From the NCBI GenBank assembly GCA_963816395.1, contig CAWFKQ010000004.1, forward strand, positions 99,917 through 163,916: a DNA stretch of 64,000 nucleotides. The letters run 5' to 3'. This stretch comes from an uncultured delta proteobacterium (lineage in GTDB: Bacteria; Desulfobacterota; Desulfuromonadia; Desulfuromonadales; JACZKF01). A model generated the notes under the pieces. It was not told the DNA's origin. It made no database searches and saw nothing but the letters and a program-made list of their open reading frames with translations. Positions 1 to 9,419 of this stretch are shown here, piece after piece. Made by a program: the position numbers and the translations under genes. How positions within the stretch are numbered: the stretch's first letter is position 1; each line of letters begins with the position of its first letter.

Positions 1-376
1 TGAGGTGCGCAGGACCGACGTGACTGTCGCCAAGAACTACCTGAACGAGCAGGAAATCGACGAGCTGAACCGGATCGTCGTCATGTGGCTGGACTATGCC
101 GAGGACCAGGCCCGGCGGCGCAAGCAGGTCTTTATGAAGGATTGGGAGCGTAAGCTCGATGAATTCCTGGCCTTCAACGAGCGACGGGTGCTGCCGAATG
201 CCGGCAGCGTCAGCAAGCAGGCGGCCGAAGAGCATGCGCGGCAGGAGTATGAGCGGTTTGCCGAGCGGAGGCGGGAGCATAAGGAGGCTGTTGGGGAGGG
301 GGAGTCGATTAAGGCGTTGGAGGAGGCGGCGAAGTTGGTGGGGCGGGAGCAGAAGAAGGTGGAGGGTGGGGAATGA
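1..376 (+). CDS. rhuM: RhuM-family protein, C-terminal part (5' end outside window)
   Basis: DVTVAKNYLNEQEIDELNRIVVMWLDYAEDQA...MKDW...LDEFL...NAGSVS matches the RhuM C-terminus; such genes commonly sit between hsdM and hsdS; stop overlaps the hsdS ATG. Confidence 0.8.
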   Translation, partial: EVRRTDVTVAKNYLNEQEIDELNRIVVMWLDYAEDQARRRKQVFMKDWERKLDEFLAFNERRVLPNAGSVSKQAAEEHARQEYERFAERRREHKEAVGEGESIKALEEAAKLVGREQKKVEGGE

Positions 377-1578
377 TCCCAGATGGATGGAAAAAAAAGC
401 CTCTCGCTATGGTCGCCCATATCCAAACTGGTATTGCAAAGGGAGCAAAGAAGCTAAAAAAGCCTGCTGAGCTGCCATATTTGAGAGTTGCTAATGTTCA
501 GGATGGTTTTCTCGATCTTTCACACATAAAAACCATTGAGATAGATAGCGCTCAAATTGAACGCTACCTTCTGCAAGTCGGGGATGTTTTACTTACAGAG
601 GGTGGAGACTTCGATAAATTAGGTCGTGGTGCTGTTTGGAAAGGGCAGATTGCGAAATGTGTTCACCAGAACCATGTATTCGTTGCTCGCCCAAAATCCG
701 GGATAATTTTATCAGAGTTTCTTTCGTTGCTGACCGGCAGTCAGTACGGAAAAGCGTATTTCCTTAAATGTTCCAAACAAAGCACCAATCTTGCGAGCAT
801 AAACTCTACGCAGCTTAAAGAATTCCCCGTTCTATTACCCCCTCTTCCCGAACAAACCGCCATCGCCGGCCTACTTTCCACCTGGGATACGGCAATCAAG
901 AAAACAGAGCGGCTGATTGCGGCGAAGGAGGGTCAGAAGAACAGCCTAGTGCAGCAGCTGCTGACCGGCAATCAGCGACTGTGCGGGTTTCAAAAACCCT
1001 GGTCAGAATTCCACCTCGGCGAACTTTTCAAGGAGCGCGCGGATAGGGCCAGCGACCACCTTCCTTTGCTTTCGATTACCAGCGGTGAGGGCGTCATCCC
1101 TCGTAGCGGAGAGCGAAAAGACACTTCCAGCGAAGACAAGTCCAAATACCTGCGCATCTGTCCTGGCGACATCGGTTACAACACCATGCGCATGTGGCAG
1201 GGAGTGTCGGCCCTTTCGTCTCTTGAGGGGATTGTCAGCCCGGCATATACCATTTGCACGCCAAAGAAGGGAATCGACGGGGAGTTCATGGCTTACCTCT
1301 TTAAGCTCCCCCGTGTGATCAATCTGTTTTATCGGTACTCGCAAGGACTGACATCTGACACCTGGAATCTGAAGTACAAGCACTTTAAGCAAATCAAAGT
1401 AACGGTCCCTGAGGTCGACGAACAGAAGTCAATAGCCAGAATTCTGAAGTTTTGTGACGAAGAAATTGATCTGCTGAAAAAACAGGCTGAAGGCTATCGC
1501 AAGCAGAAGCGCGTACTGATGCAGAAGCTTCTGACCGGGAAGTGGCGGGTGAAGGGCGGAAAGGAACAGCCGGCATGA
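373..1578 (+). CDS. hsdS: Type I restriction-modification specificity subunit
   Basis: Starts IPDGWK; two variable TRDs each followed by a conserved segment (PVLLPPLPEQTAIAGLLSTWD...LVQQLLTG; VTVPEVDEQKSIARIL...LMQKLLTGKWRV). Confidence 0.95.
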   Translation: MIPDGWKKKPLAMVAHIQTGIAKGAKKLKKPAELPYLRVANVQDGFLDLSHIKTIEIDSAQIERYLLQVGDVLLTEGGDFDKLGRGAVWKGQIAKCVHQNHVFVARPKSGIILSEFLSLLTGSQYGKAYFLKCSKQSTNLASINSTQLKEFPVLLPPLPEQTAIAGLLSTWDTAIKKTERLIAAKEGQKNSLVQQLLTGNQRLCGFQKPWSEFHLGELFKERADRASDHLPLLSITSGEGVIPRSGERKDTSSEDKSKYLRICPGDIGYNTMRMWQGVSALSSLEGIVSPAYTICTPKKGIDGEFMAYLFKLPRVINLFYRYSQGLTSDTWNLKYKHFKQIKVTVPEVDEQKSIARILKFCDEEIDLLKKQAEGYRKQKRVLMQKLLTGKWRVKGGKEQPA

Positions 1579-2492
1579 GCATAGGTGTTTTTAGAATTCT
1601 TTCAATAGACGGAGGAGGGATACGCGGAGCCTTTCCTGCGCACATCCTTAGCTGCATCAAGCATCGTCTCCAGATCAATATTGATGACCATTTCGATATG
1701 ATCGCCGGCACAAGTACCGGCTCAATTGTAGCTGCTGCAGTTGCTTGCAAGATCGACCCCGAAGAAGTCGTCGGGCTGTACCGTGAGCATGGGCCATCCA
1801 TCTTTACGCGAAAAAGGTCTCTGCTGCCGGACAAGTACCAACCTGGGCGGGAAAGCATTTACAAAAATGAGAATCTGAAAAAAGTCCTCGAAAAAAGATT
1901 TGGGGGTATCAAGCTCGGCGAAATCTCAAAGCCTCTTCTGATTCCTGCGACCGATGTTGGGAACGGTGGTGTCCACGTCTTTAAATCTGCATATCAAAAG
2001 GATTATCACAGGGACGGGAAGGTGTTGTTACATCAGGCGGTTCTGGCATCTTGTTCGGCGCCGACATATTTCAACCCAACAAAAGTCGATGAGTACTTGC
2101 TTGCGGATGGTGGGCTCTGGGCCAACAACCCATCACTTGCAGCGGTTATTGATGCACAACGTCGCTTGGGTATAGAGCTACCTGATGTCCGAATTTTGTC
2201 GCTAGGGACCGGTCATGCAAAAACCTGCTATGGCGTTAAGAGTGACCGAGAGTGGGGCCTATTGAATGGTTGGAAGGGCACGGAGTTTATCAGTTTTTTG
2301 ATGTCGCTGCAGGCGCAGACGACCCACAACTATCTGCAACTGATGTTGGAGAGTGAGCAAATCCTGCGGCTCGACTTTGACTCGGATTGCCCACTCCCCT
2401 TGGACGACTGCTCGGCGCTTGATGATCTCATTTCAAATGCAGATCGGATTTTCACTCACAATAGTTCGAAAATCAGTGAATTTCTAACGTAG
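1575..2492 (+). CDS. capV: Patatin-like phospholipase, CBASS CapV-type effector
   Basis: ILSIDGGGIRG, GTSTG (catalytic Ser) and DGG motifs; ATG at 1575 overlaps the hsdS stop (ATGA); immediately upstream of a CD-NTase. Confidence 0.88.
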   Translation: MSIGVFRILSIDGGGIRGAFPAHILSCIKHRLQINIDDHFDMIAGTSTGSIVAAAVACKIDPEEVVGLYREHGPSIFTRKRSLLPDKYQPGRESIYKNENLKKVLEKRFGGIKLGEISKPLLIPATDVGNGGVHVFKSAYQKDYHRDGKVLLHQAVLASCSAPTYFNPTKVDEYLLADGGLWANNPSLAAVIDAQRRLGIELPDVRILSLGTGHAKTCYGVKSDREWGLLNGWKGTEFISFLMSLQAQTTHNYLQLMLESEQILRLDFDSDCPLPLDDCSALDDLISNADRIFTHNSSKISEFLT

Positions 2493-2509
2493 ACAAGGAT
2501 GGTATAGCG

Positions 2510-3694
2510 ATGACTAGTGACCAAAAAAGACAGCTCCTGGAAAAGATGGTGGCACTTTTGGAGCTCCCAGACACCGCGTACGAGAGAGCTAAGGACCGTT
2601 ATGATGACATCGGTGAGTGGTTTGGTCGGGATGACTCTACCTGTAAAGATTACGACCCTCACATTTTTCCACAAGGGTCATTTCGTCTCGGCACGGCCAT
2701 TCGACCACTCTTGAAAGATGAAGCGTACGATCTCGACCTTGCCTGCAAAATACGGGAAGGTATCACAAAGGAATCTCATACTCAGAAGTCGCTGAAGGAA
2801 TTGATCGGCAACGAGCTTGAATTGTACCGCAGGGCCAGAGGAATCAGTGCCCCCTTGGAACCGAAACATCGCTGCTGGCGATTGGAATACCAAGACCATC
2901 TCAACTTTCATATGGACATCGTCCCATGCATTCCTGCGGATGACTGGAGAAGAGGACTAATCTTTGAGTCACTGAGGAAATCGTGGCAAGACGATGTTCT
3001 TGCCGACGCGGTTGCACACCTAACGGTGGCAATTACTGATGACCGTTACCCGGCATATCGAGAGATTTGCAACGACTGGAACATTAGCAATCCTGAGGGG
3101 TATTCGAAGTGGTTTGTGTCCCGGATGAACGAGGGGATACGGTCTATCGTTGAAAAAGCACAGGTAGACGAAATCCCGGTTTACAAGAGGAAGACGGTTC
3201 TTCAGCGCTCAATTCAACTGTTAAAACGTCATCGCGATGTCATGTTTCAGGAGGATTCGGATGTAAAGCCTATATCCATAATCCTCACCACACTGGCGGC
3301 GAGATCCTATGAAGGTGAAACGGATCTTCTCTCAGCCCTGGCCGGCATCCTCGAACGAATGGAATGCTTCGTAAACCCCGCGACACCAAGAATCCCCAAC
3401 CCTGTTGACCCTGCTGAAGATTTCGCCGATCGATGGTCGATGCCGAAATATAAACATCTTAATCTGGAAAAAAACTTCTGGGATTGGCTGAGGCAGGTAA
3501 GGGCAGATTTTGGCATCTTGATGCAATCGAATGATGCCGAGTTTATTACAGAGCAGGCAGGGCAGAAATTTCGAGCAAATATGGATACGTCCGAACTTAG
3601 AAAAAGTCTGGGTTTGGTTTCGGGCGTATCTGTAGTTGTTCCGAAAACCCACTCCATCGAGGCCACGCCCCCGAGGCCTTGGAAGCAGAAATAG
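2510..3694 (+). CDS. cGAS/DncV-like nucleotidyltransferase (CD-NTase), CBASS cyclase
   Basis: PQGSFRLGTAIRP...YDLDL (GS + DxD), MDIVP third acidic residue, SNPEGY, QLLKRHRD, KPISIILTTL, IPNPVDPAEDFADRW. Confidence 0.92.
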   Translation: MTSDQKRQLLEKMVALLELPDTAYERAKDRYDDIGEWFGRDDSTCKDYDPHIFPQGSFRLGTAIRPLLKDEAYDLDLACKIREGITKESHTQKSLKELIGNELELYRRARGISAPLEPKHRCWRLEYQDHLNFHMDIVPCIPADDWRRGLIFESLRKSWQDDVLADAVAHLTVAITDDRYPAYREICNDWNISNPEGYSKWFVSRMNEGIRSIVEKAQVDEIPVYKRKTVLQRSIQLLKRHRDVMFQEDSDVKPISIILTTLAARSYEGETDLLSALAGILERMECFVNPATPRIPNPVDPAEDFADRWSMPKYKHLNLEKNFWDWLRQVRADFGILMQSNDAEFITEQAGQKFRANMDTSELRKSLGLVSGVSVVVPKTHSIEATPPRPWKQK

Positions 3695-3698
3695 ATAA

Positions 3699-4358
3699 GT
3701 GAAAGTACAAGATCGCCACGATATCGCAAATTTCCTAATAGATTATCCCGGCATGGTTACCCGGCCATGCCGGGATAATCGAATCCTGCTTCGCGGCACG
3801 TTTACTTTCTGTGCAGCCCCCGTAGCCGGAAGCGAGATATGTAGTGCCTATGAGCTCGAAATAGAAGTCCCTGCGTCATTTCCACGAGGAGTGCCGAAGG
3901 TAAAGGAGGTATGCCAGAAAATTCCTCGGGATGGAAAGCATCACGTTAATCACGATGACACTCTCTGCCTCGGTTCACCCCTTCGACTTCTAAAAAAGAT
4001 CGCCGAATGCCCCACGCTGCCAGGATTTGCCGAAAAATGCCTTGTGCCGTTTTTGTATGCCGTATCGAAAAAACTTCAGGGTGATGGCGAATTCGCTTTT
4101 AGCGAGTTGGCTCACGGAGAAAAAGGTGTCGAAGATGACTACATGGATCTTTTCGGGCTCAGATCAGCCGAACAAGTTCTCAGGGCTTTGGAATTGGCTG
4201 GTATGAAACGTCGAATTTCGAATAAACGACTCTGTCCGTGCCATTGCGGACAGCGCTTAGGTCGCTGTAAATTTCATAAAAAATTAAACAAATTTAGAAG
4301 CTTGGCTCCTAGATCCTGGTTTAGAATGCACCGCAGAAACTTGGGTGCTTGGGCTTGA
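3699..4358 (+). CDS. Stand-alone prokaryotic E2 (UBC-fold) protein with C-terminal SEC-C-like Zn motif; CBASS type II-short ancillary protein
   Basis: YELEIEVPASFPRGVPKV followed by HVNHDDTLCL (E2 HxN...C active-site pattern); C-terminal CPCHCGQRLGRCKFH; starts 4 nt after the CD-NTase stop. Confidence 0.8.
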   Translation: MKVQDRHDIANFLIDYPGMVTRPCRDNRILLRGTFTFCAAPVAGSEICSAYELEIEVPASFPRGVPKVKEVCQKIPRDGKHHVNHDDTLCLGSPLRLLKKIAECPTLPGFAEKCLVPFLYAVSKKLQGDGEFAFSELAHGEKGVEDDYMDLFGLRSAEQVLRALELAGMKRRISNKRLCPCHCGQRLGRCKFHKKLNKFRSLAPRSWFRMHRRNLGAWA

Positions 4359-4385
4359 ATCCCCCCCCGGCACTGAGGCGATAAT

Positions 4386-7300
4386 ATGGATGGCTTCCGC
4401 TTCAACGAAAAATACCTCTCCCAGATCCCGGCGCTCCAACTCCTCCTCAACCTGGGTTACGAATACCTCCCCCCCGACCAGGCCCTCAAAGAGCGCCAGG
4501 GCAAATACGGCAACGTCCTGCTCGAAGACATCCTGCGCAACCAGCTCAAGCGGCTAAACCGCATCAGCTACAAGGGCGGCGAGTATCTCTTCAGCGAGGA
4601 GAACATCCAGACCGCCATCCAGAGGCTGAAAAACGTCAAATACGACGGACTGCTGAAGACCAACGAGGCCATCTACGACCTGATCACCCTCGGCACGGCC
4701 CTGGAGCAGACCATTGAAGGGCGACTCCAAAAGCTTCAACCTGAACTACATCGACTGGCGCAACTGGGAGCGCAACATCTTTCACGTGACGGCCGAGTAC
4801 AGCGTTGAGCGCTCCCGCAGCACGGAGACGGCCCGTCCCGATATCGTCCTCTTCGTCAACGGCATCCCGCTGGCGGTGATCGAGTGCAAAGCGCCGAAGG
4901 TCGAGGTGGAGCAGGCGGTCTCGCAGTCGATCCGCAACCAAGAGCGACGAATACATCCCGAAGCTCTTCGTCTATTCCCAGATGGTCATGGCGGTGAACA
5001 AGAACGAGCGCCAGGTACGCCACCGCGGGCACCCCCGCCAAATTCTGGTCGGCATGGAAGGAACTGCGGGACAAGGACAAGAGATGTCGACTAATGGTGA
5101 ACCGGCTCTTTCGCCGCCGAAAAGCAGGACCAGATGTTCAACGACGACTTCGCCGTCGCCCGGCGCTTCTTCGAGGCGCAGGCGGCCGAGGCGGCGCGGC
5201 TGGTCACGGAACAGGACAAGGCAATTTACAGCCTCTGCCGCCCGGAGCGTCTGCTGGAACTGGCCTACCGGTTCACCGTGTTCGATGGCGGCCTGAAGAA
5301 GATCGCCCGCTACCAGCAGTATTTCGTCGTCAAGTCCACACTGGAGCGGATCAGGCAGTTCGACCGCGACGGGCGGCGCAAGGGCGGTATGATCTGGCAC
5401 ACCCAGGGCTCAGGTAAGTCGCTGACCATGGTGATGCTGGCCCGAACCTGGCGCTGGACCGTGAAATCCCGAACCCGCGAATCGTGCTGGTGACCGACCG
5501 CGACGACCTCGACAAGCAGCTCGGGAACACCTTCGCCGCCTGCGGGCTCGAGCCGAAGCGGGCAACCTCCGGCCGGAACCTGCTGGAGCTGGTGGCGGAA
5601 GAGAATGCGGCGATCGTCACGACGCTGATCCACAAGTTCGACAAGGCGCTCAACTTCAAGAAATACCAGGACGACTCGCACCGACATCTTCATGCTGGTC
5701 GACGAGAGCCACCGTACCAACTTCGGTACCTTCGCCGCGCGGATGCGGCAGATGTTCCCGAACGCCTGCTATCTCGGCTTCACCGGGACACCGCTGCTGA
5801 AGAAGGAGAAGAACAATTTCCTCAAGTTCGGCGGGCTGATCGAGCCGCATTACTCCATCAACCAGGCGGTGGAAGACGGGGCGGTCGTTCCGCTGCTCTA
5901 CGAGGGGCGGCAAGTGGAGATGGAGCAGAACAAGGCCGCCATCGACCTCTGGTTCGAACGCCACACCCAGGGGCTGACCAAAGAGCAGCAAGCGGACCTG
6001 AAGAAGAAGTACGCCCGCGCCGAGATGCTGAACAAGGCCGACCAGGTCATCTACATGCGCGCCTTCGACATCAGCGAGCACTTCCGCGCCAACTGGCAGG
6101 GGACCGGATTCAAGGCGCAGCTCGTCGCGCCGAACAAGGCATCCGCCCTGAAGTACCACGAGTACCTGAACGAGATCGGCTACATCACCTCGCGAGGTGC
6201 GTCATCTCGCCGCCCGGATACCCGCGAAGGGTACGAGGAGACCGACGACGAGCCGACGGACGAGGTGGTGAAGTTCTGGCAGAAGATGATGAAGCGCTAC
6301 GGCAACGAGGAGGAATACACCAAGCAGATCATCAACCAGTTCAAGTCGGGGCGGAGCCGGAAATCCTCATCGTCGTGAGCAAGCTGCTGACCGGTTTCGA
6401 CGCGCCGCGCAACACCGTCATCTATCTGTGCAAGGAGCTGAGGGAGCATACGCTGCTGCAGGCGATCGCCCGGGTGAACCGGCTGTGCGAGGAAAAGGAG
6501 TTCGGTTACGTGATCGACTACGCGGGCTGCTCGGGGAACTGGACAAGGCGCTCACCATGTACAGCGCCTTCGAGGGGTACGACGAAGACGATCTCCGGGG
6601 GACGCTGGCTTCGGTGCTGGCCGAGATTGAGAAACTTCCGCAGCGATATTCGGACCTGTGGGATCTTTTCAAGACCGTGAAGAACAGCTACGACGAGGAG
6701 GCGTACGAGGTCCTGCTGGCGGACAATGCCGTGCGCGAGGATTTTTACGAGCGGCTGGCCGAGTACAGCAAGACTCTCGCCATCGCCCTCTCGACTGAAT
6801 CGTTCATCATGCGGGACGGACGGCGACAAGCTCCGCCGCTACAAGGCCGATCTGAAGCGCTTCCAGAACCTGAAAGTCGCGGTGAAGCTGCGCTACGCCG
6901 AGGCTATCGATTACCGGGACTACGAGCCGAAAATCAGGAAGCTGCTCGATACCCACATCCAGGCCAACGAGGTCATCCAGCTGAACGAGCCGGTGAACAT
7001 CTTCGACGACCGGATGTTCAGCCTGGTCAAGGAGGAGCAGGGCATCTACGGCGGCAAGACAACCGCGGCCAAGGCGGATGCCATCGCCCATGCCACCAAA
7101 AAGGTCATCACCGAAAAGATGGATGAGGACCCGGCCTTCTACAGCAAATTCTCCCAACTGATACAGCAGGCGATCGACGATTTCCGGGCACGGCGGCTTT
7201 CCGATATGGAGTACCTGAACCGGGTCGCCGACCTGCGCGATAAGGTCGTCACCCGGCAGCATGATGAGGTGCCCGAGCAGCTCGCGGGCAATGATGACGC

Positions 7301-7589
7301 CCTGGCCTATTACGGCGTCATCAAGGGCTTCTTCGCGCAGGAAAAGCTGGGTGATGGCGATTGCGAGGAGCTGTCGGCCGAGACCGCCATCGCTATCCAG
7401 GACATTCTGAGCCGCCACTGGAAGGTGCAGTTCTGGGACGATGACGACGCGCAGAAACAGGCGATCAACGAGATCGACGATTACCTGTACGACGAGGTCA
7501 AGGGACGCCGGGGCGTCGAGATCGCCCTCGACCAGATGGATGAGCTGATCGAGCGGACCATGCAGGTGGCCCGGCACCGGAGCGCCTGA
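4386..7589 (+). CDS. hsdR: Type I restriction endonuclease subunit R (split by several indels)
   Basis: Consecutive ORF pieces give FNEKYLSQIPAL, RPDIVLFVNGIPLAVIECK (nuclease), IWHTQGSGKS (Walker A), VTDRDDLD, LVDESHR, GFTGTP, LLTGFDAP, LLQAIARVNR. Confidence 0.93.
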
Positions 7590-8302
7590 TGGATCTGCTC
7601 CGCGGCGAGGTCATCTACGGCCGAGAAAGGATCGAATTCCAGATGCTCCATGTCAACCGGAAGACCTTGGAGATCGCCGTCCATCCGGACCGGTTGGTGA
7701 TTGTCAAGGCGCCGGTCGGAACCACGCTTCCGGAGGTAGAAAAGAGGGTTCTCCGGCGGGCTGGCTGGATATCTCGGCAGCTGGAATTTTTCCGTCAGTT
7801 TGAGCCGAGAACTCCCGACAGACGTTATGTCGGAGGAGAGAGCCACTACTATCTGGGCAGACAGTATCGGCTCAAGATCAGCCGTTCGGAAACGGAAGGG
7901 GTCAAGCTGAGCGGCGGGTATTTCCAGATCGATATCAAGGAGAATGCCCCGGCAGATCGGGTGAAGACTCTCCTGCAAAGGTGGTATCTCGAAAAGGCCA
8001 GAGAGAGATTTCGGGAGAGCCTGGAGCGCTGCTGGCCGGCTTTCGCCAAATCCTCTCAGGAAATCCCTCGCCTGCAGGTCCGGCGTATGCGGAAGCGGTG
8101 GGGGAGCCTATCAGGGAATGGGATATTGACCCTCAACATAGACCTGATCCGCGCCCCCCGGGAATGCATCGACTACGTCATCATCCATGAGCTTTGCCAT
8201 TTGATCTTTCACGACCACAGCCCGGGATTTTATCAAGCTTTAGAGAAGGTGATGCCCGACTGGGAAAAGCGGAAGCACAAGCTTGAGTTGGCGCTAATAT
8301 AA
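7589..8302 (+). CDS. M48/YgjP-like (DUF45) zinc metallopeptidase associated with type I RM
   Basis: RWGSLS...LNIDL...IDYVIIHELCHL..HDHSPGFY (HExxH); typical position after hsdR. Confidence 0.88.
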   Translation: MDLLRGEVIYGRERIEFQMLHVNRKTLEIAVHPDRLVIVKAPVGTTLPEVEKRVLRRAGWISRQLEFFRQFEPRTPDRRYVGGESHYYLGRQYRLKISRSETEGVKLSGGYFQIDIKENAPADRVKTLLQRWYLEKARERFRESLERCWPAFAKSSQEIPRLQVRRMRKRWGSLSGNGILTLNIDLIRAPRECIDYVIIHELCHLIFHDHSPGFYQALEKVMPDWEKRKHKLELALI

Positions 8303-8378
8303 CCGGTTTCGCGCGGAAGCTGCCCAAGAGCGGCAGCACAGCATGCCCAGGAAAATCCTTTTCCCTAAATCCCCTCCC

Positions 8379-9162
8379 TCACCCCCGCTCCAACCGAAAC
8401 CGCACCGGCACCCGCACCTCGCTCTCCACGGGCAGGAGGCCGCGGCGGGCCGGCCGGAAGCGCCAGTCCCGCACCGCCTCCAGGGCGGCGCGGTCGAGGA
8501 CCGGGTAGCCAGTGGAGCGTTCCACCCGCGCCGTCAGCACCTTCCCCGATGAGCCCACCCGCACCTGCAGCAGCACTTCCCCTTGCCAGCCGCGTCGGCG
8601 GGCCAGGCGCGGATAGGCGGGCGGCGGGTTGTCGGCATAGAGGGGCTGCGCCTCCCGCAGCGGCGGTTCGGCTGTTTCCATGGCCGCCGCGTTTCCCGAG
8701 GGCCAACGGCTTGGCGGTAGACGGGGAGGAGGGCGGAGTGGCAGGCATGGTCACGGCCGGTGCCGAGCCGGCGGCAAGCGGCGGCGGTGGTGTAATGGTT
8801 TGCTCGGTCGCCGGTTGCGGTTGTCGTGCCGCTGGTGTCAGGGAGGGGTGGGGAATCAGCCCAGAGGCAGCTGCCGCCGGGTTGGCAGTGGTCGCGGGAG
8901 GTGGCGGCATCGAGGAGCGGACGGCGGGACGGGGGGCTGGCGGGGCCGGACGCTGTGCGGAGGAAGAGGAGGACCTGGCGGTCGCGGGCAGGGCGGGAGC
9001 AACGGCGGGAGGGGGAGGCGCGGTGATCGGCATCACCAACTGGACCGCCAGGGAGCGGCGGCGTCCGCCGATGGACGATTGCTCGTCGGCCAACCAGGCG
9101 ATCAGGGCCAGGTGCGCCGCCAGGGAAACGGCTACCCAGAAGAGAAGTGGTTTTCTGCTCAT
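8379..9162 (-). CDS. tonB: TonB-family energy transducer (one indel)
   Basis: N-terminal anchor VSLAAHLALIAW, Pro-rich linker, C-terminal domain NPPPAYPRLARRRGWQGEVLL...LDRAALEAVRDWRFRPA...VPVRFRL in a shifted frame. Confidence 0.88.
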
Positions 9163-9419
9163 TGAATCGTATTCTCCTCCGCCCCCGCTTATAGGACAGA
9201 TCCTGCCGCCGGTCAAGAAAGATGGCGTCGCAAAAACTTACCAACTGCTGCGTTGCTCCGGGTTCCGCCAATTTTTCTCCGGATTTGCCAGACTCGTTTT
9301 TTTCTGGAAAAATGTTGGAAAAACGGTTAATTATAGATCTGCTGATATTTTAATCCGGCCGTCGGGGGGCGCGGACGACGATCTTCTTCTATCACCTTGA
9401 AATGATTGGGAGGAATTCG

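Noticed and set aside
1..8330. Mobile-element boundaries (att sites, IS ends) for the defence locus
   Set aside because: No integrase, transposase, tRNA or terminal repeats are visible, and the left part of the locus (hsdM) is outside the window.
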